DNA of 64,000 bases, from the NCBI GenBank assembly GCA_038831915.1, contig JAWBKB010000001.1:1-64000 (forward strand). The letters run 5' to 3'. This DNA is from Candidatus Caldarchaeum sp. (GTDB lineage: Archaea > Thermoproteota > Nitrososphaeria_A > Caldarchaeales > Caldarchaeaceae). Positions within the stretch are counted from its first letter, which is position 1, and the number at the start of each line of letters is the position of its first letter. Below are positions 37,019-46,927 of this stretch, piece after piece. A model generated the notes under the pieces. It was not told the origin of the DNA and did no database searches. It worked only from the letters and a program-made list of their open reading frames with translations. The position numbers and the translations under genes were made by a program.

Positions 37019-38182
37019 ATGAAGATAAAAACTCGTCAACCAAACCCAATTTTCATGAAAGAAGTGGAAGACCTGCAGGTGCTCTTTCCAGTAGACTATT
37101 GGAATCGGAAAAGTGACGAAGCTGCCTTTCCCGAAGAGTTTTGGAGCGAAGCTAGCCGGCGTAAACTTCCAGGCTTTCTCATACCTCAGCGCTACGGCGG
37201 CTTGGGCAAAACATTGACGGAGCTTGTCGAGACAGTTATCTACCTCGCCTCGCATGGCTGTGGAACAGGTCTTTACCCGTTGCTCAGCAACAACATGTCA
37301 TCACTCGTCATCATGAATTCAGCAAGCGAAAAACTACGCGAAGAATTCCTGCCAAAACTCGCGTCAGGCGACTACGTCATGGGTCTCGCGGTCACAGAGA
37401 AGGAATCAGGCTCCGATGTTCTTTCGATAAAGACGTCGGCGGAGAAGATTAGAGGGAAATATGTTGTCAAGGGCGAGAAAATGTACGTCAACAACGTCGA
37501 CCGCGCGACGCACATGCTTCTCGCCGTCAGAACGACTCCGGCTGAGCGTGTTGCGAAAAAAAGCGATGGAATATCGCTGTTCATCGTCGAGTTTGACCGA
37601 AGGCGGCTGAAGGTTGAGCCGCTTGAAAAGATGGGTACGAATTATTTTCGGACTGCGGCGGTGGTTTTTGATGGCGTTGAAGTTGATGAAGATTTTGTGG
37701 TCGGAGAACTGGACAAGGGCTGGAAAGCTTTGACATACGCCTTGAACCCGGATAGAATCGTGTACGCGGCTCTCGCGGTTGGCTCTGCGTTCTTCGCAAT
37801 CAAAACAGCGTCAAATTATGCTCGAAGCCGATTGGTTTTCGGAAAACCCATCGGCTCTTATCAAGGCATACAGCTGCCCCTTGCAGCACATTACTCTGAA
37901 GCGGAGGCAGCTAAGCTCTTGACGTTGGAGGCCGCTCGAAAATTTGACCGAAGAGAGAGAACAGACGTAGACGCTTGCCTCGCCAAATATCTCGCTTCGG
38001 AGGTGGCGTTCAAAGCTGTTTCGGTTGCTTTGCAGGTGTTGGGCGGATATGGATACTTGAGGGAAAGCGGTTTGGAAAGAGTTCTACGCGACGTTTACCT
38101 GCTCAAATCCGGGCCCATAACGCAGGAGCTCGCCCTCGCCTATATAGCTGAAAAAGGACTCGGCCTTCCCCGCTCATATTAA
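37019..38182 (+). CDS. Acyl-CoA dehydrogenase family protein
   Basis: AVTE..SGSD, GEKMY, R.VFGKPIGSYQGIQ, LGGYGY; alternative start at 37055. Confidence 0.92.
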   Translation: MKIKTRQPNPIFMKEVEDLQVLFPVDYWNRKSDEAAFPEEFWSEASRRKLPGFLIPQRYGGLGKTLTELVETVIYLASHGCGTGLYPLLSNNMSSLVIMNSASEKLREEFLPKLASGDYVMGLAVTEKESGSDVLSIKTSAEKIRGKYVVKGEKMYVNNVDRATHMLLAVRTTPAERVAKKSDGISLFIVEFDRRRLKVEPLEKMGTNYFRTAAVVFDGVEVDEDFVVGELDKGWKALTYALNPDRIVYAALAVGSAFFAIKTASNYARSRLVFGKPIGSYQGIQLPLAAHYSEAEAAKLLTLEAARKFDRRERTDVDACLAKYLASEVAFKAVSVALQVLGGYGYLRESGLERVLRDVYLLKSGPITQELALAYIAEKGLGLPRSY

Positions 38183-39156
38183 AAGTCAAATTCAAAACCG
38201 ACCTTTTCCTTTTCGGCTTTTCTCAAAACCGCCGCGGAGAAATACAGGTCTAACGCCGCGAACCCGACTGACTTGAGAATTGTCATGGATTTGCCGGACG
38301 GCCTTTTGACACCGTTCTTGACTACGTAATGTAGTTCAAGGATTTTTTCCGGGTCGACGACTCCTTGTTCAACGGCCCTCATGATGTCTCCCGCTTCTCT
38401 TAACACCGCTTTCTTCAAGTCGGCTGCGATTAGGTTCGCGCGACGGAAAGTTTCAACGTCGAGCTCACGTCGGGTTGGCAGAGCACCGATACTCGTGACG
38501 TGAACGTTTTCACCAAGCCATCCACCGTTCAAGACCGGCTCAGCGGCGTTCGTAGCGGTCAAGACAACATCCGCTTTTTCGATAGCGGTTTTCGCCGAAT
38601 CGACAGCAACAGCGTCGATGCCGAGGATTTTCGATGCCTTTTCCGCAAAAGTTTCCCTATGTGAACGTGTTGGGCTGTAAACCCGCAGCTTTTCGATATT
38701 GCGAACGGTGGCTAATGCGGTTAACTGTGTCCAGGCTGTTCGACCGCTTCCAATCAAAGCAGCCGACCTACTATCGGTGGGAGCGAGATATTTTGCTCCG
38801 ACGCCGCCAATCGCCCCGGTACGCAGAGCTGTAACCGACACCGCATCCAACATCCCGATAAGAACACCTGTTTCGACATCGTAATACATGATTATCCCTC
38901 CCGCGGCTTCTAAACCATGGCGAGCAGGGTTTTGACGATATTCGTTGATAAGTTTGAGGACGAATCCTCCTACGGATAAGCTGTAGGCTGGCATGTTGAG
39001 CCAGACCGCGTCTTTTTCATCGACGTGTATCACCGTTCGCGGCGGTCCGACATATTTCGCGTCATCGTAGTCGCGGTAAAACTCCTCTATGATCGCTACA
39101 GAATCTTTGATGGAAACGAGTTGCTCTATGTGGCTGCGGCTGAGAAACCTAACCAC
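38179..39156 (-). CDS. Ornithine cyclodeaminase / mu-crystallin family protein (second paralogue)
   Basis: MPAY, VTALRTGA, IGSGRTA, LKSVG. Confidence 0.88.
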   Translation of the reverse strand: MVRFLSRSHIEQLVSIKDSVAIIEEFYRDYDDAKYVGPPRTVIHVDEKDAVWLNMPAYSLSVGGFVLKLINEYRQNPARHGLEAAGGIIMYYDVETGVLIGMLDAVSVTALRTGAIGGVGAKYLAPTDSRSAALIGSGRTAWTQLTALATVRNIEKLRVYSPTRSHRETFAEKASKILGIDAVAVDSAKTAIEKADVVLTATNAAEPVLNGGWLGENVHVTSIGALPTRRELDVETFRRANLIAADLKKAVLREAGDIMRAVEQGVVDPEKILELHYVVKNGVKRPSGKSMTILKSVGFAALDLYFSAAVLRKAEKEKVGFEFDF

Positions 39157-39158
39157 AT

Positions 39159-40469
39159 TTATTCAGCTCGTTTGTCGACTAATCTCCTTGCTTTGCCTAT
39201 TTCTTGTCGCGGAAGGGTCATGGGTTCGACCAGCTCGACTTCGGGAGCAATGAACAGGGTTTCGCGAAGCTCTTCAACTAGTTTCATTCGAAGTTGTTCA
39301 GCGTCTTCAGGCTTCAGTTCCCGGGCCAGTTCAGCTACAATCTTGAGTCTGTCAAGGCCCTTTTCACGCCAAACAACAATCTGATATTCGGAGCCTAGTT
39401 CCCCGTGTTTCAGCAACACTGCTTCGACGGCGCTCGGCCAAACCGCTACACCGGAGACTTTAATCATGTCGTCAACCCTGCCCGTGATGTATCCAAGCTT
39501 CCGATGAGTTCTACCGCAGTCGCAGGAATCAGCGTCCATGAGAAAGGACATGTCCCGGGACCGATATCTTATCACCGGAGCCGCTTCTTTCGTCAAAGTC
39601 GTGAATACTAATTCCCCTTTCTCCTCCGGCTCGACCGGCTCACCCGTCTTGGGGTCGATGACCTCGACGTAGAAATGGTCTTCCCAGAGATGAAGTCCGT
39701 CGTGGACATAACAATCGTTTGCTGCTCCGGGGCCGCAAAGCTCTGTAAACCCGTAAATATCATAAACATCCATGTCCCATGTTTCCGCGATACGTTTCTT
39801 CATTTCCGCCGTCCACATCTCTGAGCCGAAAACACCCTTACGCACCAAGGTGTCCCTTGCAGGGTCGACGCCCATCTCAAAAGCCGTCTCAGTAAGCCGT
39901 AGAACGTAGGAAACGACGGCGCTAATCATCGTGGTGCCGAAATCCATCATGTATTGGATCTGGCGTTTACTGAATCCGGCACCCGTCGGCACAATCATGG
40001 CTCCGACTTTACGGGCGCCGTAGTAGAACCCGAATCCGCCCGTAAACATGCCAAAGCTCGGTGTTATCTGGAAGACATCTTCTTTCGTCAATCCTGACAT
40101 GACGAGGCTTCTCGCGGAAACTTCAGCCCATACTTCGATGTCGCTTTTTGTATAGAATCCAAGTGTAGGAACTCCTGTTGTGCCAGAGGTTGCGTGAACT
40201 TCCAAAACATCGGTTCGGGGAACAGCGAGGCCGCCGTATGGATAAAGCGAGCGAAGCTCGTCCTTGGTGGTGAAGGGGATAATATGCAGGTCGGCCGCGG
40301 TTTTTATGTCGTCGGGCTTGACACCTGCGGAATCCATTTTTCGCCGATAAAATGCGTTGTTTTCATAAGCGTGTCGAACAACCCATTGAAGTTGTTTATC
40401 CCTTATTGCTTCAATTTCTCGGCGGCTCATGGTTTCAGCTGGCTTGTTGTAAAATTGGTTACGCTGCAC
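39159..40469 (-). CDS. paaK: Phenylacetate-CoA ligase family protein
   Basis: HATSGTTG, FTGG.G, DIYGFTE..GPG, WEDHF, IRYR..D, GRVDDM. Confidence 0.88.
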   Translation of the reverse strand: MQRNQFYNKPAETMSRREIEAIRDKQLQWVVRHAYENNAFYRRKMDSAGVKPDDIKTAADLHIIPFTTKDELRSLYPYGGLAVPRTDVLEVHATSGTTGVPTLGFYTKSDIEVWAEVSARSLVMSGLTKEDVFQITPSFGMFTGGFGFYYGARKVGAMIVPTGAGFSKRQIQYMMDFGTTMISAVVSYVLRLTETAFEMGVDPARDTLVRKGVFGSEMWTAEMKKRIAETWDMDVYDIYGFTELCGPGAANDCYVHDGLHLWEDHFYVEVIDPKTGEPVEPEEKGELVFTTLTKEAAPVIRYRSRDMSFLMDADSCDCGRTHRKLGYITGRVDDMIKVSGVAVWPSAVEAVLLKHGELGSEYQIVVWREKGLDRLKIVAELARELKPEDAEQLRMKLVEELRETLFIAPEVELVEPMTLPRQEIGKARRLVDKRAE

Positions 40470-40559
40470 GAATTGACACAGTGAACGGCTCTGCTAAAAA
40501 TGTTTCCAGAAAAATGCTCCGGGAAAGTATTTAACAACCCGGCTTGCCGCAAATATAGC

Positions 40560-41525
40560 ATGAAGCTCGTCACTTTTCACAACCCATATCTTCAATCGCC
40601 TCGTTTCGGAATAGTGTTCAGCGAATTCGTGCTCGACGGAAACCTCGCTTACACGGCTCTGCTTCAAGAAGAAGGTGAAGAAGACGCCGACATCCTTGCT
40701 TCAGCACTTTTACCATCAACTATGATTGGATTTCTCAGACGGGGCCGGAGGGCATTTGAAGCGGCTGAAAAAGTTCTCTACAGGGCAAGGGCGTTCGTGA
40801 ACAACGAATATGGGCCCGGTATAGTTTTCAAACTGAATGACGTGCATCTATATGCGCCGGTTCCGCGGCCGGGCAAAATCATTCACACCGCTGGAAACTT
40901 CCGTGAGCACGCGAAAGAAGCTGAAATAGCAAAATGGGAATTTCCCATACCTCAGTGGATTTCTTTCCTGAAAAGCCCGTCAGCCGTTATCGGGCCTTTC
41001 GACAACATTGTGTATCCGCGGTTCACGAAAGAGCTTGACTACGAATTGGAAATGGTAATGGTGATAGGTAGACGGGGTAAATATATTCCCAAGGAACGGG
41101 CTTTTGAACACGTGGCCGGATTCATGGTATTCAACGACATAACCGCGCGTGACATCCAGAGAGAAGAAATGAAGAATGGATTGCTTAATTTTGGGAAGAA
41201 CCTCGACACATTCGGCCCCATGGGCCCCTACCTTGTCACTAAAGACGAGATAAGCAACCCGCACAACCTCAAAATGGAGCTAAGGGTTAATGGCGAAGTC
41301 CGTCAATCAGGCAACACAAACAGGCTGTCCGTCACGCTTCAAGAAATCATCGAACATTATTCATGGGTGATGCTTGAGCCCGGAGACATTATCTCCACGG
41401 GCACTATTTCAGGCGTCGCGGCGTTCAGAGAAAACCCGGAAAAATACTACCTCAAGCCTGGAGACGTGGTCGAGTCGGAAATAGAAGGGCTCGGCACGAT
41501 GCGTAACAAAGTGGTGGCTGAATAA
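40560..41525 (+). CDS. Fumarylacetoacetate hydrolase family protein
   Basis: LDYELE, FNDITARD, GKNLDTFGPMGP, PGDIISTGT; start placed at ATG 40560. Confidence 0.9.
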   Translation: MKLVTFHNPYLQSPRFGIVFSEFVLDGNLAYTALLQEEGEEDADILASALLPSTMIGFLRRGRRAFEAAEKVLYRARAFVNNEYGPGIVFKLNDVHLYAPVPRPGKIIHTAGNFREHAKEAEIAKWEFPIPQWISFLKSPSAVIGPFDNIVYPRFTKELDYELEMVMVIGRRGKYIPKERAFEHVAGFMVFNDITARDIQREEMKNGLLNFGKNLDTFGPMGPYLVTKDEISNPHNLKMELRVNGEVRQSGNTNRLSVTLQEIIEHYSWVMLEPGDIISTGTISGVAAFRENPEKYYLKPGDVVESEIEGLGTMRNKVVAE

Positions 41526-41526
41526 A

Positions 41527-42732
41527 ATGTCTTCAGAGCCTTGGCGTGGAACCAGCCACTGGGTCAGCCCATACAACTTCAGCCCCGACGTCGTCAAACA
41601 GTTTAGCTTTCCAGAAAAAATCGAAATTTACGACGTAACTCTTCGGGATGGTGAGCAGGCTCCGGGTGTTGTGTTAAGGGCTGAAGAAAAGCTCGAAATT
41701 GCAAAGGCCCTTGACGAAGTGGGTGTTCATCGTCTCGAAGCGGGAATGCCGATTGTTTCTCGGGAAGATTTTAACGCAGTTCGGATGATAGCCAGTGAAG
41801 GACTGCGGACGAAAGTTTTCGGATTCGCTCGGCTTGTGAAAGAAGACATCGACGCCGCCATAGAAGCCGGTGTATCCGGAATAGTCACCGAAGGCCCCGT
41901 GGGCGTTCCGAAGCTGATGCAGTTTGGGTGGAAGCCCGAAGACGTTGTCAATAAAGCTATCACCCATGTTGATTACGCCCGGGACCACGGTCTCTACACC
42001 GTCTTCTTCGGAGTGGACGGCACACGCGCCGACCTAAACTTCCTCAAACACATCTATTCACGTGTGGTTCAAGAAGCTAAACCCAACTCTGTCGCGGTCG
42101 TCGACACCATGGGATGTGCATCTCCCGAAGGATTCCGCTACCTCGTGGGAGAAATAGTCAAAATTGTAAAAATCCCTGTTGAAGTTCACTGTCACAACGA
42201 CTTCGGCATGGGTGTGGCAGTCAGTATAGCTGGTCTTTCAGCCGGTGCGAGCGTCGTCCACGTATCCGTAAATGGAATAGGTGAAAGAGCAGGCAACGCA
42301 AGCCTCGAGGAAGTCGCGGTCAGCCTCGAACTTCTATATGGCATTAAGCTCGGGCTCAAATATGAAAAACTTGTGGAGCTGTCGCGGCTTGTGGAAAGGC
42401 TGACTGGGTTCCGTTTAGCAGCTAACAAGCCCGTTGTCGGAGAACGTGTTTTCACGCGTGAATCCGGTATATCGGTTGCAGGATGGATGAAATATCATCT
42501 CGGTTCAGAAGCGTTTCTCCCCGAACTAGTTGGAAACTGTCACGGCGTATTGATTGGAAAGAAAAGCGGCAAACATTCGATTGAATGGAAGCTCGAGCAA
42601 TTAGGAATAAAAGCGTCGGCTGAAGAGATTCAAAAGTTAGTTGAGAAAGTCAAGGAGAAATCGTTGGTTAAGAAAGGACCGTTGACAGATGAGGAGCTGT
42701 TGGAATGTCTTCAGGAAGTGAGGCAGAGTTAG
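41527..42732 (+). CDS. DRE-TIM (HMGL-like) acyltransferase, homocitrate/isopropylmalate/Re-citrate synthase-like, no regulatory domain
   Basis: DVTLRDGEQ, HCHNDFG, NGIGERAGN, GKKSG. Confidence 0.88.
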   Translation: MSSEPWRGTSHWVSPYNFSPDVVKQFSFPEKIEIYDVTLRDGEQAPGVVLRAEEKLEIAKALDEVGVHRLEAGMPIVSREDFNAVRMIASEGLRTKVFGFARLVKEDIDAAIEAGVSGIVTEGPVGVPKLMQFGWKPEDVVNKAITHVDYARDHGLYTVFFGVDGTRADLNFLKHIYSRVVQEAKPNSVAVVDTMGCASPEGFRYLVGEIVKIVKIPVEVHCHNDFGMGVAVSIAGLSAGASVVHVSVNGIGERAGNASLEEVAVSLELLYGIKLGLKYEKLVELSRLVERLTGFRLAANKPVVGERVFTRESGISVAGWMKYHLGSEAFLPELVGNCHGVLIGKKSGKHSIEWKLEQLGIKASAEEIQKLVEKVKEKSLVKKGPLTDEELLECLQEVRQS

Positions 42733-43781
42733 GCCTTTTCCAGGTCGTCAACCCCGCCGGAGAAATTGTGGGCGAGCCAGACCCATCCATCACCGACGAC
42801 TTGATGAGGAAAATGATGCGTGAAATGGTGATGCTCCGGACTTTCGACCTCTGGATGATGAAAATCCATCCCCTTGGCAAAGCATCGCGTTACGCTCCGA
42901 TTGAAGGACAGGAAGCAGCAGTTGTTGGAAGCGTTAAAAGTCTATCGGATAGAGACTGGACATTTCCAACATACCGCGAGCTAACCATAGGGCTTTTACG
43001 GAACCTGCCACTATCAACCCTTCTCCATCGCCTGTTTGCCACTGGGCTCGACCCCTTGAAAGGCCATGAAATCACGCTTTTCGGAGACAGAGACCACCGA
43101 ATCGTTGTTGGGCCCGGCGCGGTTTCTCTGATGTGCCCCATCGCGGTCGGAATGGCCATGGCTGCGATGAGAAGACGCGAAAGAGAAGTTTTCATGGTTT
43201 ACATCGGCGACGGGGCGACGTCAAAAGGCGATTTCCATGAAGCGATTAACTGGGCCGGGGTCTTCAAAACGCCGGTGATTTTCTTCGTTCAGAACAACCA
43301 GTGGGCTATTTCGCTGCCGGTGACAAAGCAGACCGCCTCGAAAACCATCGCGGTCAAAGCAAGAGCCTACGGCATTCCAGGATTCCGTGTAGATGGAAAC
43401 GATGTTCTCGCAGTTTACACCGCCTGCAGAAAATTCGTCGAAAAAGCACGGAACGGCGAAGGCCCCGCCTTGATCGAAGCTGTAACATATCGGTTGGGGC
43501 CTCATACAACCGCCGACGACCCCTCGAAATACCGTTCAGAGCATGAAGTGGAGCAGATGCGGTTGCTCGACCCCTTAGCTAGGTTTCGGAAACTTCTTCA
43601 AAGAAGAAATCTGTGGTCGATTGAAGAGGAAAAAAAGTTCGTGGAGGATTTCAAGGACAAGCTTCGGGCCGCTACAGAGGAAGCGGAAAAAGCACCGCCG
43701 CTGACTGTTAAAGCGGTTTTCGAAGATGTATACGCCCAACCGCCGTGGCATCTTTTAGAGGAAATGGATGAAGCGGTTTGA
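42705..43781 (+). CDS. 2-oxoacid dehydrogenase E1 alpha subunit
   Basis: GQEA, FPTYR, TPP motif GDGATS...NNQWAIS, YRLGPHTTADDP. Confidence 0.92.
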   Translation: MSSGSEAELGLFQVVNPAGEIVGEPDPSITDDLMRKMMREMVMLRTFDLWMMKIHPLGKASRYAPIEGQEAAVVGSVKSLSDRDWTFPTYRELTIGLLRNLPLSTLLHRLFATGLDPLKGHEITLFGDRDHRIVVGPGAVSLMCPIAVGMAMAAMRRREREVFMVYIGDGATSKGDFHEAINWAGVFKTPVIFFVQNNQWAISLPVTKQTASKTIAVKARAYGIPGFRVDGNDVLAVYTACRKFVEKARNGEGPALIEAVTYRLGPHTTADDPSKYRSEHEVEQMRLLDPLARFRKLLQRRNLWSIEEEKKFVEDFKDKLRAATEEAEKAPPLTVKAVFEDVYAQPPWHLLEEMDEAV

Positions 43782-44644
43782 CCCTGAAAGCTTGGAAGAT
43801 ATGTCTTGCCCAAACCGAGACGCTGAAACCTCATGAACAATCTCTTCCCTATTTCGTCTCTAAACTCAGGGAAGAAATTAAGAAAGACAAATGCGTGATT
43901 CATCCAGTTATAGTCGATGCGGCAACAGGTTTAGTGGTTGATGGAACACATCGTGTCGAAGCCGCGTTAAAGCTCAGAATCCCCCGCATCCCCGTCTACA
44001 CCGTCGACTATTTTTCGGAAAAGGTTGAACTCCATGGCTGGGGTAGGGCGGTTACTAAAAAAATCACGATGGAAACGCTTACAAGCTTAATCAAATCTTT
44101 CGGTTTTAGTTTTGAAAATATTTCCTCTCAGCCGTATGCCGTGAAGTTTCTCTGGAGCGACGGCGTTTCCAAACAAATCTACGTCGAAGATTCTGACATA
44201 CCTGCTACGTATTCGAAAATCAATCTCCTCGAAAAACAGCTTCAGCAGCTCGGAATCAAATACGTACGCGACAAAGACCTCGAACAATTGGTTTTGACAG
44301 CGGAATATCCTTTCGGATACGTGATCAGGCAGTTGACGAAAAAGGAAGTCCTTGAATCTGTTTTGGATGACTACAGACTTCCACCTAAATCAACCCGTCA
44401 TGTTGTCGAAGACCGGCCCATGTTCATTTTCTGTCCCGTTGATATTTTGTACAGCGACGATGCTGATGAAAGGTTCGCCGAATGGCTTGATGAAGGAACG
44501 TGGATAGATGTTCCTCCGGGCGTTGAGCTGGATAGGAAATACGACGAAAAAACCAAGGTTTTCTTCAGGGAAGAACTCAGAAGCAGGTATCCCACCAGTT
44601 TGATGGATTACTTTAAGGCTGCGTCGGAGCAAAAAATTCGATGA
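43778..44644 (+). CDS. ParB/Srx-fold protein, SerK/SbnI free serine kinase-like
   Basis: LKPHE, PVIVD....VVDGTHR, VDY, LPPKSTRH. Confidence 0.7.
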   Translation: MTLKAWKICLAQTETLKPHEQSLPYFVSKLREEIKKDKCVIHPVIVDAATGLVVDGTHRVEAALKLRIPRIPVYTVDYFSEKVELHGWGRAVTKKITMETLTSLIKSFGFSFENISSQPYAVKFLWSDGVSKQIYVEDSDIPATYSKINLLEKQLQQLGIKYVRDKDLEQLVLTAEYPFGYVIRQLTKKEVLESVLDDYRLPPKSTRHVVEDRPMFIFCPVDILYSDDADERFAEWLDEGTWIDVPPGVELDRKYDEKTKVFFREELRSRYPTSLMDYFKAASEQKIR

Positions 44645-45548
44645 TTTTTTTGGCGAGCATCGTGGCTGCAGCCTCTTGAGCTTCTGCAGTCTGTGCTCCG
44701 ATGTGTGGAGTCAATACGATGTTGTCGAGTTCGAGTAGTTTACTGCCGGTTGGAGGCTCTTTTTCATAAACATCGAGGCCAGCTCCAGCTATCCGCCGCG
44801 TAGTCAGGGCTTGAATTAGAGCCTCTTCGTCTATTACTTCTCCGCGAGAAGCGTTGATGAGGATGGCGGTTGGCTTCATCATGGCGATTTTTTCAGCGTT
44901 GATGAAATGGCGTGTTTCAGACGTGAGAGGTATGTGCAGTGTAATTACGTCGGAGCTGCGTAACAGTTCTTCGAGCGAAGTAAGCTTGGTGTTGGTTTTC
45001 GCAAGAACTTCTTCAGGAATGGGTATGACGTCGTGAGCAATTATCTTCATTCCCATCGCATAAGCTATTTCTGCAACCCTTCGTCCGATACGGCCAAAAC
45101 CCACTACACCCAGAGTTTTTCCGCAAAGCTCCATACCCATGGCTTCGCTTTTAGGCCATTTTCCAGCCCTCATCACACGGTCGCTCCAAGCGATCTTCCT
45201 AGCGACTGCAATCATTAAACCAATCACCAACTCAGCCACACTGTTGGTTGAAGATTCTGGTGTGTTCAACACTTTTACACCGTGCTTCGAAGCCGCTTCG
45301 AGGTCGACGTTGTCAAGCCCAACACCCGCCCTGCCCACAACCTTAAGCCTTGGAACACCTTTCTCGATAACTTTCGCAGTGACCTTAGTCCTTCCACGAA
45401 CCATCAAAACATCAAACCCACCTATCACTGATTCAAGCTCATTCGCGGAAATACCGGGACGTTGGTCAACATCAAACCCTGCGCTAGAAAGAATCTGCAC
45501 AGCAGAAAAATCAATTGGGTCCGCGATCAGGACTTTCGGCTTCATCAC
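44613..45548 (-). CDS. serA: D-3-phosphoglycerate dehydrogenase (short form)
   Basis: RAGVGLDNVD, GFGRIG, INASRG, LDVYEKEP, TPHIGAQT.EAQ. Confidence 0.85.
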   Translation of the reverse strand: MMKPKVLIADPIDFSAVQILSSAGFDVDQRPGISANELESVIGGFDVLMVRGRTKVTAKVIEKGVPRLKVVGRAGVGLDNVDLEAASKHGVKVLNTPESSTNSVAELVIGLMIAVARKIAWSDRVMRAGKWPKSEAMGMELCGKTLGVVGFGRIGRRVAEIAYAMGMKIIAHDVIPIPEEVLAKTNTKLTSLEELLRSSDVITLHIPLTSETRHFINAEKIAMMKPTAILINASRGEVIDEEALIQALTTRRIAGAGLDVYEKEPPTGSKLLELDNIVLTPHIGAQTAEAQEAAATMLAKKIIEFFAPTQP

Positions 45549-45616
45549 ATCTGGATAGGCCGCGGATTATTTAAGCCGATAACATTTTATAGGTCGGTCT
45601 ATCGCTCTATGCAGGG

Positions 45617-45901
45617 ATGCCGTTCAAGAGGAAAAGCCGAGGAAGAACGAAAGGAGCTAAAGGAAAGGAGCCTACAGTTCAGTGCGATAACTGCGGTGCA
45701 TATGTTCCGAGAAGCAAAGTGCAGAGAGTTACACGCCGTGTTTCACTAGTTCGTGGAGACCTCGCCCGTGAGCTGAAACAAGCTGGAGCATATCTCGCTG
45801 AAAACATCGTGGTGAAAAATCTCTGCATAAGCTGCGCCATCCACTACGGCGTATTGAAAGTCAGGGCTCGTGAAGAAAGAAAACCAGAACAATTTATCTG
45901 A
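45617..45901 (+). CDS. rps26e: 30S ribosomal protein S26e
   Basis: MP.KRKSRGR.KG..G....VQCDNCG..VPR.K, CISCAIH. Confidence 0.96.
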   Translation: MPFKRKSRGRTKGAKGKEPTVQCDNCGAYVPRSKVQRVTRRVSLVRGDLARELKQAGAYLAENIVVKNLCISCAIHYGVLKVRAREERKPEQFI

Positions 45902-45956
45902 AAGTTGGGACATGGTTTATTAGTGACTAGCTCCTGAACTGAGTTAGGTGAGTTAG

Positions 45957-46925
45957 ATGACTTACTCATTTGAAAAGGCACGGCTCTCTCTGTTCAAGCT
46001 CCGCGTTGCGATGCTCGGGACATGGGCCCTCATTACCGCAGTTGCATCGCTGCTTTTCGTCGCCGTGCTTTCGTTCCTGCGGATTCCGCTGCTTAACTTC
46101 TACACCATCATCGCGTTCGTGGTTTTCTTCCACGTGTTTCAGTGGCTGATCGGGCCTTACATGATAGCAGCGATTTACAGAACAAGGCCTGCGGCTGAAG
46201 CCGGGATGGGCTGGGTCGAGGAGGCTGTAAATAGGTTGAGCGTCGCAGCTGGAATGGAAAAGCCTCCCAAAACATACATCGCAGAAATTGATATTCCCAA
46301 CGCCTTTGCATATGGAAGCCCGTTGACGGGCCCAATTGTGGCCGTGACTCGAAGGCTTGCCGAAGGTATCCCGCGTGAAGAAGTTGAAGCTGTCATCGGA
46401 CACGAGCTTGGACACATCAAGCACCGCGACGTTGCCTTCATGATGGCGGTCAGCATCATCCCAGCAATTATCTACTACTTGGGATACACCTTGTTCGTTT
46501 CAGGTGCCTACGGCGGAAGACGCGAAGGAGGTGCCTACGTCTTCCTCATAGGAATTGTTCTAATGGCTTTCAGCTTCGTTTTCAACCTCTTTGTTTTCTA
46601 CATGAGCAGACTACGTGAATACTACGCCGACTACTTCGCGGCGAAAACAGTCCGCAACGGCGCCCGAAACCTTCAGAGAGCTCTTGTCAGAATCATGATG
46701 ATGGCAGGACGTATGAGACGTGAAGAAGTGGCTCACGCCGACCAGTTCAAAGCCTTCTTCATCGCTGACCCGGATATGCGAATTCAAGGATTCGGTGACG
46801 TAGACAGCTTGATTGAACGCATCAAAAACCAGAAGCCAAATGCGGTTGCGGAGCTTTTCAGCACTCATCCGGACCCTGCGAAAAGACTGCGGGCACTCGA
46901 CAACTACATATCAATCCAGCCATAG
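45957..46925 (+). CDS. htpX: Zinc metalloprotease HtpX (M48)
   Basis: PNAFA, GHELGH..HRD, SRLREYYAD, FSTHP. Confidence 0.93.
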   Translation: MTYSFEKARLSLFKLRVAMLGTWALITAVASLLFVAVLSFLRIPLLNFYTIIAFVVFFHVFQWLIGPYMIAAIYRTRPAAEAGMGWVEEAVNRLSVAAGMEKPPKTYIAEIDIPNAFAYGSPLTGPIVAVTRRLAEGIPREEVEAVIGHELGHIKHRDVAFMMAVSIIPAIIYYLGYTLFVSGAYGGRREGGAYVFLIGIVLMAFSFVFNLFVFYMSRLREYYADYFAAKTVRNGARNLQRALVRIMMMAGRMRREEVAHADQFKAFFIADPDMRIQGFGDVDSLIERIKNQKPNAVAELFSTHPDPAKRLRALDNYISIQP

Positions 46926-46927
46926 CG

